A stretch of 64,000 bases of DNA. Origin: Octopus vulgaris. Lineage: Eukaryota. Position 1 is the first letter of the stretch. Every line of letters begins with the position of its first letter. Location: positions 54,126,001 to 54,190,000 of the forward strand of contig OX597826.1 of assembly GCA_951406725.2 (NCBI GenBank), given 5' to 3'. The notes below the pieces were generated by a model. The model was not told the DNA's origin and made no database searches. It saw only the letters and a program-made list of their open reading frames with translations. This document shows, in pieces, positions 52,361 to 64,000 of the stretch. Made by a program: the position numbers and the translations under genes.

Positions 52361-53580
52361 GTAGCTGTATGATTTAGGGGTCCAGACATGGCTGGAGTGC
52401 CATTATTGTTTCATAACATAGTTTATTTTGCAACTTTATATTCTCAGATCTGATGCGACTCTTTTGAAAAGGTGTCTTCAAGCACAGTCATAGGTTAACA
52501 AAGTCTTTTAAATAAAATTTGGTAGATAGAAACTGTGTGGAAGCCTGTTGGAGAGACCATTTCTAATCTTTTAGCTTCTATGTTAGTCAGTGTTGACCGT
52601 ACACCTGAATATCATCATCATCATCGTTTAACATCCGCTTTCCATGCTAGCATGGGTTGGACAATTTGACTGAGGACTGGCAAACCAGATGGCTGCACCA
52701 GGCTCCAATCTTGATTTGGCTGAGTTTCTACAGCTGGATGCCCTTCTAACGCCAACCACTCCGAGAATGTAGTGGGTGCTTTTACGTGCCACCGGCATGA
52801 GGGCCAGTCAGGCAGTACTGGCAACGGCCACGGAAAAATTGTGTTTTTTTTTACGTGTCACCTGCACACCGGCACAAGTGCCAGTAAGGTACGCTGTATA
52901 TATATATGTATATACAAATGTATGTATATACAAATATGGCTAAGATTGTTTTGCAGAAGACTGGCATTTGGCCATGCATGCAAGTCTCCTCATTCCACAC
53001 CTCAGGTGTTTATCTAAGAGAATGGCCACCAACTTGGGCTCATACCGCTTAGCAAAAGGTATTGCTGTCAAAATGCAGAAGAATTTGAGCAGATGCTGCA
53101 GAGTATCCCACTCTACTGTCTCATACGTCTGCTAAGACAATCCTCTGGATTGGTGCTTTTTCCTCAACTCCTGGAAAGTGGTAAAGCAAAGTTGGACTCA
53201 GTAGGATGTGAACTCAGAACACATAGATTCAGAAAAAACTCTACAAGGTGTTCTGTCCAATATTCTAATGACTGCCAAGTCACTGCCTTTGGTTGTTTTT
53301 TTATGAGGTAGAATTAGCTTTTCACTCTAAAAACAGTAGCTGTGTAATTTAGGGGTCCAGACATGGCTGGAGTGCCATTATTGTTGCATAACAGTTTATT
53401 TTGCAACTTTATATTCTCAGATCTGATGCGACTCTTTTGAAAAGGTGTCTTTAAGCACAGTCATAGGTTAACAAAGTCTTGTAAATAAAATTTGGTAGAT
53501 AGAAAGTGTGTGGAAGCCTGTTGAAGAGACCATTTCTATTCTTTTAGCTTCTCTGTTAGTCAGTGTTGACCGTACACCTG
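52361..53580 (+). repeat. ~245-bp direct duplication (52361-52607 and 53337-53580)
   Basis: gtagctg...ggggtccagacatggctggagtgccattattg...cagtgttgaccgtacacctg occurs twice with few differences. Confidence 0.92.
52613..52890 (-). mobile_element. RTE 3'-tail fragment (truncated LINE or SINE tail)
   Basis: catcatcgtttaacatccgctttccatgc...ggatgcccttctaacgccaaccactcc, same sequence as the RTE 3' UTR; further fragments near 54570-54740 and 55070-55250. Confidence 0.7.
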
Positions 53581-54273
53581 TTGACCGTACACTTTTGAAA
53601 ATGCTTGCTCCTGTGCTTTGAGGAAGCCGTGACAAACAAAGAAAAAAAAAAGAATTCAGTGGACTTTTGCCCAAATACACAAATGTCTGCAGCAAATTTG
53701 AAGCTAAAACCCTCATAAGATGATAATCCAACAGATTATCCACAACAGACATTTTAATTTAGCAAAATGAACAAGGGCAGTGGATTAGCAAAATTGCTCA
53801 AGCTTGGGACAAAATGTGTTTTGATAAAATCTGCTTTTTGTTCTGTTGGTTATGATGACAAGTGTTCCAGTTAATCTGAACAGCCTGCTCATGAAATTAA
53901 CAAGCAAGTGGCTGAGTACTCCATGGACACACGTACCCTTCAAGTAATTCTCAGGTGATTCAGTATGACACACAGGATGTGACAAGATTTCATCATTTGA
54001 GTGACAGGTGTAACTCATTTTTGTCAGCTGAGCGGACTGGAGTAATATGAAATGAAGTGTCTTGCTCAAGGACATGACACACTGCTGGGAATTGAACTCC
54101 TGCCCATATGAATGTGAGCCAAGTACTCTAACCACAAAGCGAAGTGCTTTCACTGAGAAAACTTAAGCACCTGTTAGGTAGCTGTGGTTAATCTTTAAAT
54201 CAGTGTAAGCTGCCCCTAAAATGAGACACCTTGTAGATGTGTTAAGAATTGATATATCTTTTGGATTAGCAGA

Positions 54274-54491
54274 TTAAACCACTTCAGTAACAGATGGTGT
54301 TGCTATGGCATAAGTGTATGTGTTTTTTATGCAAATCCCACATATGCCTATGACTAGTATACTACCCACAATTCCATACAAGACTATGAGGTACCAAAAG
54401 GTAAAAAAGAAAATATGTGGGTGGCAATAATATTCTGATGTGATGTCCTTTACTTCCACGACTTTGTTAAACTTGAACACTGAGATACTTC
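54274..54491 (-). CDS. Terminal coding exon of a TMEM272-like membrane protein: GSISVFKFNKVVEVKDITSEYYCHPHIFFFTFWYLIVLYGIVGSILVIGICGICIKNTYTYAIATPSVTEVV*
   Basis: Strong polypyrimidine acceptor (ttttttcttacag), phase 1; G..VF...YCxxxxFxFxFW followed by a hydrophobic TM helix and Cys residues resembles the TMEM272 family C-terminus. Upstream exons not confidently found in the window. Confidence 0.65.
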
Positions 54492-55949
54492 CTGTAAGAA
54501 AAAAAACAAAAGAAAAAATAATTAAATAAAACACTTAAATAATCATTATAAATAAACAAATAGAAATCATCATCATCGTTTAACATTTGCTTTCCATGCT
54601 GGCAAACTGAAGGACTATACCAACCTCAGTTACCTGTTATGACATGTTTCCTTTGACTGGTAAACTTCCTAATGCCATATACTTTACAGAGTGTACTGGG
54701 TGCTTTTCTTCATGGTCCTACCACCAGCAGGGTCACCAGTGCGTGCTATCTCTGTATTATACTAAATGTATGATACATAGATGGCATTGGGCCTCATAGA
54801 GATGATAAAGGACTGAGACTTCTGGTGGTTTCCTGTGCATGAGATGACATATCAATCTAAGTGAAAATGGCCATCCATGCATACAGATGTGTCCTCAACG
54901 ATCCTCTCTCAGATGAGAGGTTTTTCTTCTGAGGGCTTACAGGTGCTGGTGTCATGTAAAAGCACCTGTGTCAGTGCCATGTAAATATGCCCATGATGGT
55001 GCCATGTAAAGCTGCTCTTACTGGTGCCATGTAAAAGGTGCCCTTGTCAGTGCTACATAAAACTACCCATGCTGGTGCTATCTAAAAAGCACCCAGTACA
55101 CTCTGTGAAGTGGTTGGCATTAGGAAGGGCATCCAGCCATAAAAACCACACACAAAAAAAACCCAGACCATAGGGACCTTGGCAGCTCCCCAGCTGGCCT
55201 GCTCCTGTCAAACTGTCTAACCCATGCCAGCAGATATTAAATGATGTTGATGTATATACACTGTTAATGGGCCATTTACTGCAGTATTTGTCCTGCGATA
55301 ACATTTGTTTTTCTCATGGACTTGCTATGTTAAAAACACAATAAATATTAAAGGGTGATTTTTATTCAGCTAAGCAGCTGTTAGCAACATCAGTGAATGC
55401 ATCATTCATTCTTTTGCATAACAGAGGCAATGAATTCTTGTCCAAGGATGTGGCTGGTTGCCAATGAAAGGGCCCATGAAGGATGAAACTCATCTGGCAT
55501 TCTTGTTTACTGCTGCTTGGATGAATTTTCTTCTCACCTTGAAATTTAAAATATTTTTAACACAGTATGTTCATAAGAGATGCTATTTTAGGATAAATAC
55601 CACATTAATTGGCCTATCAACAGTGTGTATACATTAAATATAATACATAGATATCAATTTTAATTTTATACTGCATCAGTTGCGTATACTTGATTTTCAT
55701 TGAAAAAAAAAAATATATATATTGGTTTCAAATTTTGGTACAAGGCCAGCAATTTCAGGAGAGTTGGTAAGTTGATTACACCATCCCTAGTATTTAACTG
55801 GTACGTATTTTAATGACTTTGAAATTACGAAAGTCAAAGTTGACCCTGGTGGAATTTGAACACAGAACATAATGACATGAAATGTCGCAAAGCATTTTGT
55901 CTGGCATGTTAACAATTCTGCCAGCTTACTGCCTTCCATAGAAAATATG

Positions 55950-57130
55950 CAAAAACCAAAGTCTTAGTAAGTAGGCAGGCAGACTAATCACAAATTCAGG
56001 TAGATAGCCCCACTTGATCTGTAAAAAAGATGTAGGTAGGATCTCCATAAGATGTACCTGGCGTAAGATATGAACACATAAGAGGTGCAGCAATATCAGG
56101 GAAAGTAGCTTTTGTGTGTGGAAGATGCACAGGGACAATAAACACCAAAAATGTACAGAAAATAAACTCCATCAGCTGCCAGTGGGGTAAGCTAGATGTA
56201 GTAGATAGCTTCCATTATCTATGTGATTAAGTTAGTAGTGGAGGTGGATGCTCTGAGAGCATAGCTATGAGAATAAGAATAGGCTGGGCAAAGTTCAGAG
56301 AGCTCCTACCTCTGTTGGCAACAAAAGGCCTCTCCCTCAGCGTGAAAGGCAGATTGTATGATGCCTGTGTGCAAACAGTTATGCTAAATGACAGTGAAAC
56401 ATGGGTTGCGACAACCAAGGACATGCATAGGCTTGAAAGAAATGAAGCCAGTATGCTTCTCTGGATGTGCAATGTCAGTGTGCATGTTTGGCAAAGTGCA
56501 AGCATCTCGAGAGAAAAGTTGGGCATAAGAGGCATCAGATGTGGTGTGCAAGAGAGATGACTGCAGTGATATAGTTATGTGATGCATATGGATGATGACA
56601 GCTGTGTAAAGAAGTGTTGATCTCTAACTGTGGAGGGAACATGTGGTAGAGGTTAGACCCAGGAAGACATAGGATAAAGTGCTGAAGCATGATCTTTGAA
56701 CTTTGGGCCTCACAGGGGAAATGACTAGTGACCAAGACCTTTGGTGATATGCTGTGCTTGAGAAGACCCATCAAGCCGAGTGAAATTGTAGTAGTGGCTG
56801 AAGTTGGTGTCATGTAACTGGCACCCATGCCAGTGGCATTAAAAAGTACCTTTTGAGCATTGGGCCTCACAGAGGCATAGTGGTTGATGCCAAGTAAATT
56901 CACAGTTGTGGCAGATACTAGTGTCATGCAAATGGTACCCATACCAGTGGCACATAAAAGCACCCATTACACTCTCAGAGTGTACAGTGTTAGGAAGGGC
57001 ATCCAGCCATAGAAATCATGCCAAATCAGACTGGGGTCTGGAGCAGCTTTCCAGCTTACCAGTCCTGGTTAAACCATCCAACCCATGCCAGTATGGACAA
57101 TGGACGTTAAATGATGATGATGATGATGGT
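55950..57130 (+). mobile_element. RTE-clade LINE 3' fragment with (GAT)n tail
   Basis: RIRIGWAKFRELLPLL...VKGRLYDACVQTVML..SETW...RLERNEASML.WMC; 3' UTR ending gacgttaaatgatgatgat. Confidence 0.85.
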
Positions 57131-57899
57131 GATTGCAAATTTGGGTACAAGGCCACCAAGTTCAGGAGAAGGAGCAAGTTGTTTACATCAACCCCAGTAC
57201 TCAACTGGTACTTATTTTATTAACTTTGAAATGATGAAAGGCAAAGCTGACCTTGGTGAAATTTGAATGCAGAACACAAAAGACAGATGAAATGCCACAA
57301 TGGATTGTGCCCAGTAGGCTAACAATTCTGCCAGCTTGCTGCCTTCCATAGAAAATAAATAAATTGGTTTCAAATTCTGGTAAAAGGCCAGCAATTTTAG
57401 GGGAGGGTGTAAGTCAATTACATCAACCCCAGTGCTCAACTGGTACTTATATTATCAACCTCAAAAGGATGAAAGGCAAAGTTAACCTTGGCAGAATTTG
57501 AACTCAGAGCATGAAGACAGACAAAATGCCATTAGGAATTTCGTCTAATGTGCTGATGATTCTGCCAGCCCACTGTCTTCTACAGGAAAAATATATATTA
57601 GTAAAGAAATCCCTTCTAAAAATGCAATAATAAAAGGAAATCAATATATGCACGCACACAAGTATTTGATAGATTCTGTTGCCAAGGTAACAGCACACAC
57701 ATAATAGCACTTCTGTTACCTAGGTGATCACATATACAATAGTAGTTGAAACTTCTGATCGACTGTGGAGAGAGAAGTTCTAAAAAGCATAGTAAGAAAG
57801 TGTGGGAAAAGTTTAGGGAGCTGGCTAAAAAGGGATTTTATCTGTGAGTGAAAGACAGACTGAATGATGTTTGCGAAGGAAGAATGATATTGTATGGGA

Positions 57900-58152
57900 T
57901 TATGATGATGATGATGATGATAATGATGAAGTTGATGACAACGATGGTGGTGATGATAAGGATGATGATTTTGATGATGATGGTGTTATTAGTGATAATG
58001 TTGATAATGATAAGTATGATGATGATGATGGTGAAGTTGATGATGATGTTGATGATGATGTTGATGATGATGAGGATTAATATGATGATTTTCATCTAGA
58101 TGATGGTGTTATTGGTGATAGCGTTGATAATGATGATAGCAATGATGCTGCG

Positions 58153-58183
<31 letters not shown>

Positions 58184-58300
58184 ATAATGATGTTAATGGC
58201 AATTGCATTGATAATGATGATGGTGATGACGATAGTAATGTTGAAGGCAATAATGATGATGATGATGTTGATGATGCAAATGGTGATCACCATCGTCATT
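57900..58300. repeat. (GAT)n degenerate microsatellite
   Basis: Direct inspection. Confidence 0.95.
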
Positions 58301-59720
58301 GTCATTTAACGTCCACTTTCCATGCTGGTATGGGTTGGACTGTTTGACTGAGAACTGGCAAACCAGGAGGCTGCACCAGGATCCAATCTGATTTGGCAAG
58401 GTTTCTACAGTTGGATGCCCTTCCTAACGCCAACCACTCTGAGAGTGTAGTGGGTGCATTTTATGTGCCACTAGCATGAGAGCCAGTCAAGTGGCACTGG
58501 CACTGGCCATGCTCAAATAGTGCTTTTTATGTGCTGGTCAGGTGGCACTGGTATGGGCCACTTTCGAATGGTCACTTTTATGTGCCACTGGTACAGGTGG
58601 AAGTCAGGAGACACTAGCATCAGCCACCACTCAGTTCAACAGGTTATCACAAGCACGGCATATTGTCCAATGATTGAAGGCTGTTTTTAAATGGGCCAGT
58701 TGCATCACTAGCATCAGCCACAACTATGACCTCACTTGGCTTGTCGGGTCTTCTCAAGCACAGCATATCTCCAAAGGTCTTGGCTGCTTGTCATTGCCTT
58801 TGTGAGGCCCACTGTTCGAAGGTTGTGCTTCACCACTTCATCCCATTTCTTCCTGGGTCTACTTCTTCCACAGGTTCCCTCCCCTGTTAGAGTGTGACAC
58901 TTCTTCACACAACTGTCCTCATCCATACACAATTCATGATCATACCAGTGCAGTCATCTCTTGCACACCACATCTGATGCTTCTTATGTCCAACTTTTCT
59001 CTCAGGATGCTAACACTCTGTCATGTATGCACACTGACATTACACATCCAGTGTAGCATACTAGTTTCATTTCTTTCAAGCCAATGCATGTCCTCAGCAG
59101 TCACAGCCCATGTTTCACTACCATATAGCATGACTGTTTGCACACAGGCATCATACAGTGAAAACTCTGAGTGAGAAACCTTTTGTTACCAGCAGAGGTA
59201 GGAGCTCTCTGAACTTTGCTTAGCCTATTCTTATTCTAGCAGCTACGCTCTTGGAGCATCAACCCCCACTACTGACTTGGTCACCTAGGTAATGGAAGCT
59301 ATGAACTACTAGTTTTTTCCCCTGGCATGTGATATACCTTTTCGGTGTTTATTGCACCTGTGCATCTTCCACACACAAAAACTATCTTCCCAGTTAACCT
59401 TCCTTTGATATTGCTGGACCTCTTATGTGTCCCTAGCGTACACAGGTACATCTTATGGAGTTTCTACCTACTCCTTTTCTACAGATTGAGCAAAACTATC
59501 TACCAGAAGGGATTTGTGATTTGTCCACCTTTCTACTAACTAAGACATTGATTTTTGCTAGGTTAATTCTAAGGCCCTTCGATTCTAGGCCTTGCTTCCA
59601 CACCTGAAACTACTTCTCTAGTTCAGCTTTTAAAACAAGGTCATCAGCACAGAGGAGCTCCCAGGAGCAGCCTGTCTTGAATTCCTCTGTTATTGCCTGA
59701 AGGACTTTGATGACAAAGAG
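58300..59720 (-). mobile_element. RTE-clade LINE 3' fragment (same family, opposite orientation)
   Basis: VLSPLFVIKVLQAITEEFKTGCSWELLCADDLVL (RT YADD region) and EDSCVKKC...GTCGRSRPRKKWDEVV; 3' UTR like that of the 55950 copy. Confidence 0.85.
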
Positions 59721-60779
59721 GGGGCTAAGGACTTGTGAATAAGAGGGTGATGGTGTTGATAATAACAATGATAATGATGATGATGGACATGGATACTGAT
59801 TGATGAGGATGTGTGAAGGATGGAAAGAAATGAGATGTGCTGGCTCTACTGGACATGTGTTGTTAGAGATTTTCCATTTCCACAGGTTTCTATCACTTGC
59901 TTCAATTAGCACTTCTCTAGAGAATGGCAGAGAGTTTATGGATAAGGTGAAGAATATTGTTAACATGTTTCTTTAGAAGGGACAGTCCCAGGTTTCTTAG
60001 GCAAGCTTAACTTATCAATAACTTGTGCCCCCAGAACTGAGCAGTTATAGATTATACAATATGAAATAAATATTTCATGTCATGAAATAAATATTTCATG
60101 CTCAAACCATGTGTAAGCAAAACTTGTATTATTTAGCCACGTGCCTTCACATGAGGATAAATAGTTCTCTGCAACTAAATGCAGCAAAAGTGTTTCCTGA
60201 TGATCTATTCTGGTTAAGTAACCAACTGCACTTGAAACATCCAATGCAGATGTGGAGGCACATGGCTAAGTGGTTATGGTGTTGGAATCATGAGTGCAAG
60301 ATTGTGGTTTTGATTCCTGAACTGGGTAATATGTTGTGTTCTTGAGCAAAACACTTCATTTCACATTGCTCCAGTCCACTCAGCTGGCAAAAATGAGAAT
60401 ATCATGTAACAGATTGGCATCCCATCCAAGCTGGGATACATTCACCTGAGAGACCAGGAAATTGACCCTATGCTTCTAAAAGAGTAATGTGGACTAACCT
60501 AAACAGCAATGACCACAACTAAAGCAAAATCCTCACAATGCAACACCATTAATTTAAGCTTTATATATAAAGCAGCAAGATGGCAGAACCATTAGCATGC
60601 CAGGCAAAATACTTAGCTGCATTTCATCCCTCTGTATGTGCTGAGTTCAAATTCTGCTGAGGTCAGCTTTACCATTCATCCTTTTGGGATCAATGAAATA
60701 AGTATCAGTTGAGCACCGGTACCCCCACCCCAGAAATTATTGGCCTTGTGTCAAAATGTGAAACTAATATAAGCTCTAT

Positions 60780-61083
60780 GTTGTTGTTCCTACTTGAGCC
60801 ATGCCTGGCTAATAAGGTCTGGTTTTCCAGTTTCCTTGGCATATAGGTTCCCCACCTGGATGGGACACCGGTCCGTTGCTGGTGAGCTACAAGATACAGG
60901 AGGAAAGAGTGAGAGAAAGTTGTGGCGAAAGAGTCAGCAGAAGTTCCTCATTACTTTCTGCCGGAGCTGCATGGAGCTTAGGTATTTCACTCATAAACAC
61001 ACATATTGCCCGATCTGAGATTCAAACCCACGATCCCTCGACCGTGAGTCTGCTGCTCTAACCACTAGGCCATGTGCCTCCAC
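60780..61083 (-). mobile_element. SINE family A variant, CpG-decayed
   Basis: Same family as the 30630 copy, with CpG->TpG/CpA changes; TSD aatataagctctat. Confidence 0.85.
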
Positions 61084-62039
61084 AATATAAGCTCTATAGA
61101 CAAACAAAAATATTTTGCAGTTTCCTCATTCTTCTTCATTAATTTCAAGATATTTAATATTTTCATTTGATTTTTATTTGTTGTTTTTATTATTTTTATG
61201 CTGCTGGTGCTTAACTCCAAGAAATCAATATTCCACTATTTTAGCCTCAGAGAAATGAACTCTCCTCCTTCTGCTTATTAACCAAAATTCCCTCCCCCGC
61301 CAACCACAATCACCAGCAACCTCACCACCATCCTCCACTCCCATGGATACTGTTTGAAACAAGAACAGACAAACCATTTTTATTGTTAAAACTTCCTATT
61401 ATATTCTATTCAATAAAAATCGACAATTAATTCTTAAGCTTGGAATACTAGAAAATATTCTTATATTTTAAAGAATTAAATAGCAAATTTGCTATTTGTT
61501 TTTCTTGTTTGCTTGTCACTTTTTATATTTTTATCTTTATTTTATTTGAATGTTTTTTTTTTGTTTTTAGTTGGTAGTGTTGAGTGATGGTGGTGATAGT
61601 GGGGGTTTTCTTTCTCATTATTTATTTTATTTATATTAATTTAATTATTTCAGGTAAATTCATTATTGCCAAAACTTCATGCAGAAATGACAGTTATTGA
61701 TCACAGAATATTTAAAAAAAACAAAAAAAAAACAAAAGAATAATTAAAATAAATTAAAAAATATAAATGTCTTTCAGCATACATTCTTCATCAAAAATTT
61801 TAAAATACTTTTTGTTGCTTTTCATGATTTTATTTTATATAAAATTCATTTTTTGGTTTATTTATTTATTTATCTATTTATTAACTCAACCTCTACTCTA
61901 TCCCAATACTGCACCAACATATTTATGTTGATTTATGAAATTTTCATTTCATTCATTTCATATACTATTCTATTCTTTTTATTTTCTTCTACTTCTTCTC
62001 TCCTTTCTTTCCTTATCAAACAAACTTAAACATACACTA

Positions 62040-62047
62040 ACTCACAC

Positions 62048-62119
<72 letters not shown>

Positions 62120-62508
62120 ATATACTGACACACGCACAGATATTAAAATGCAAACATTCACACATACATACAACACAGTTAATTTTACATACATACACAT
62201 ACATAAGCATTCACATAATTTAAACCCTATTATCTCCCTTATACAAACTACACAACGTACAGCTATCTATGTCACATCTACCTCTAATTATATATAAATA
62301 TATATATACACACACACACACATACATATTTATACACACACACAAGTGATGGGCAAAGGGAGTAACAGACCAAGCTTGTAGAAAGTTGTATGTATGCATG
62401 TGTGTGTGTGTGTATGTGTGTGTATATATGTATATATCTATATATATATACATAAATACATATATATATATATCTATATATATATATATACACACACACA
62501 TCTCTCTC

Positions 62509-62587
<79 letters not shown>

Positions 62588-62706
62588 GTGTATATATATA
62601 TATATATTTATATATATATACATATATATACATATACATACATACATACATATATATATATGCTAATAATATGTAGAATGTATATGTGAATGCATATATG
62701 TGTATA

Positions 62707-62747
<41 letters not shown>

Positions 62748-63279
62748 CGCGTGTGAATGGGTGTGTGTAATATATACATATATATGTATACGCTCCTACA
62801 CACTCACAGATCTCTCACTTCCTTCTCCCTTCAGTTTATCACTGCCCATATTTTATTGTGTAAACAAGATTTCATTACTAACGAGAGCCCTAAATGGCTT
62901 TTTGACAATTCCTGTTTTATATATATAGTAAACACATTAGCAACAACTACATACACTAAACACACACACACACACACACATACACATACAGAAGCACACA
63001 CATATATCATTGAATGAATTGCTACAATATACATATAAACAAAACTCTAATATATCCCTATGCATCTTGTGTGTGTGTGTGTATGTGTGTGCGCATGAAT
63101 GAGTGCTTTATATTATCACCCACACATGCAGAACACATACACATATATATATACACACATACACTCATGAATACACCATGGTGTATCTTTATACTAAAGT
63201 ATTATTATATGAATGAATATATGAATGCATATATATACATAGATACATGCATACATACATACATACATACATACATACA

Positions 63280-63362
<83 letters not shown>

Positions 63363-64000
63363 ATGTGTGTATGTATATATCTATATGCGTGTGTGTGAGT
63401 GTGTGCATATAAGTACATCAAAATAACATTAACAAGAGTATTGCTAAGATACCAGAGATTATATATCATATACACACATCATTACTTGAGCTTCTCTTGA
63501 GTGAGTGTGTATGTATACATATATATATGTATATATATATGTGTGTGTGTGTGCATGTATATATACACATTTATATACATACATATGTACATATATACAC
63601 ATGTATATGCATACATACGTATTATGTATGTATGTATATATACACATACATATACATACATATGTATGTGTCTGTGTAAGAACATACATATATATAAGAA
63701 TACGTAAAACAATTTTTGTTGTTGTAATTGTATATGTATATACATATGTGTGCATATGTGTATGCATCTATAGATACACATATACATACATACATACATT
63801 ACATACAATACATACATGCAGCATATATATATATATATATGTTGCATACATACAAACATACATACATACATACACGCAAGCATGCATATATGTACATACA
63901 TACAAAACCACACATACATATATTTGCAATAACAACAACAATACTATCACAAAACCAAAAATAACAATGATAATAATGATAATAATAATAATAATAAGAA
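62040..64000. repeat. (TA)n/(CA)n/(CATA)n low-complexity field
   Basis: Direct inspection. Confidence 0.93.

Noticed and set aside
55363-55537. Possible alternative minus-strand terminal exon (GEKKIHPSSSKQECQ...)
   Set aside because: An acceptor-like site and an open frame exist, but there is no homology I recognise.
57720-57762. 43-nt minus-strand exon candidate, phase-compatible with the TMEM272-like last exon
   Set aside because: Good splice signals, but the peptide (SIRSFNYYCICDHL) lacks the expected hydrophobic F..W.I.G helix; not called as CDS.
59886-59946. Plus-strand exon candidate (acceptor ttttccatttccacag)
   Set aside because: Weak donor (gtgaag), no recognisable peptide and no partner exons.
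60061-60100. Tandem near-palindrome catgaaataaatatttcatg x2
   Set aside because: Short AT-rich microduplication, expected by chance or slippage.

Overview
AT-rich, microsatellite- and SINE-dense eukaryotic DNA. The tRNA-derived SINE families, (TATG)n/(CA)n/(TAA)n density and R4/RTE/Penelope/Tc1-mariner/hAT relics point to a cephalopod (Octopus-like) genome; this is inferred, not proven. Almost all ORFs in the supplied track are microsatellite or SINE artefacts. One complete spliced CDS can be built on the minus strand: a 7-exon, 353-aa dimeric dihydrodiol dehydrogenase (DHDH, Gfo/Idh/MocA family) homologue at 42088->26196, with canonical GT-AG introns in consistent phases. It has lost several catalytic or cofactor residues (CEKP->CEAP, LLDIGIY->ISNIGVY, H79->R) and gained a C-terminal extension ending in a CaaX box (CTII*). 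A terminal coding exon of a TMEM272-like gene lies at 54491->54274. Structural highlights: ~400-bp inverted repeats enclosing a truncated BED-finger hAT transposon (11.9-14.6 kb), a ~555-bp near-palindromic foldback element beside DHDH-like exon 3, an R4/Dong-type LINE end inside a (TAA)n tract, and a switch to CpG-decayed sequence from about 48.5 kb onward that suggests a germline gene-body methylation domain.
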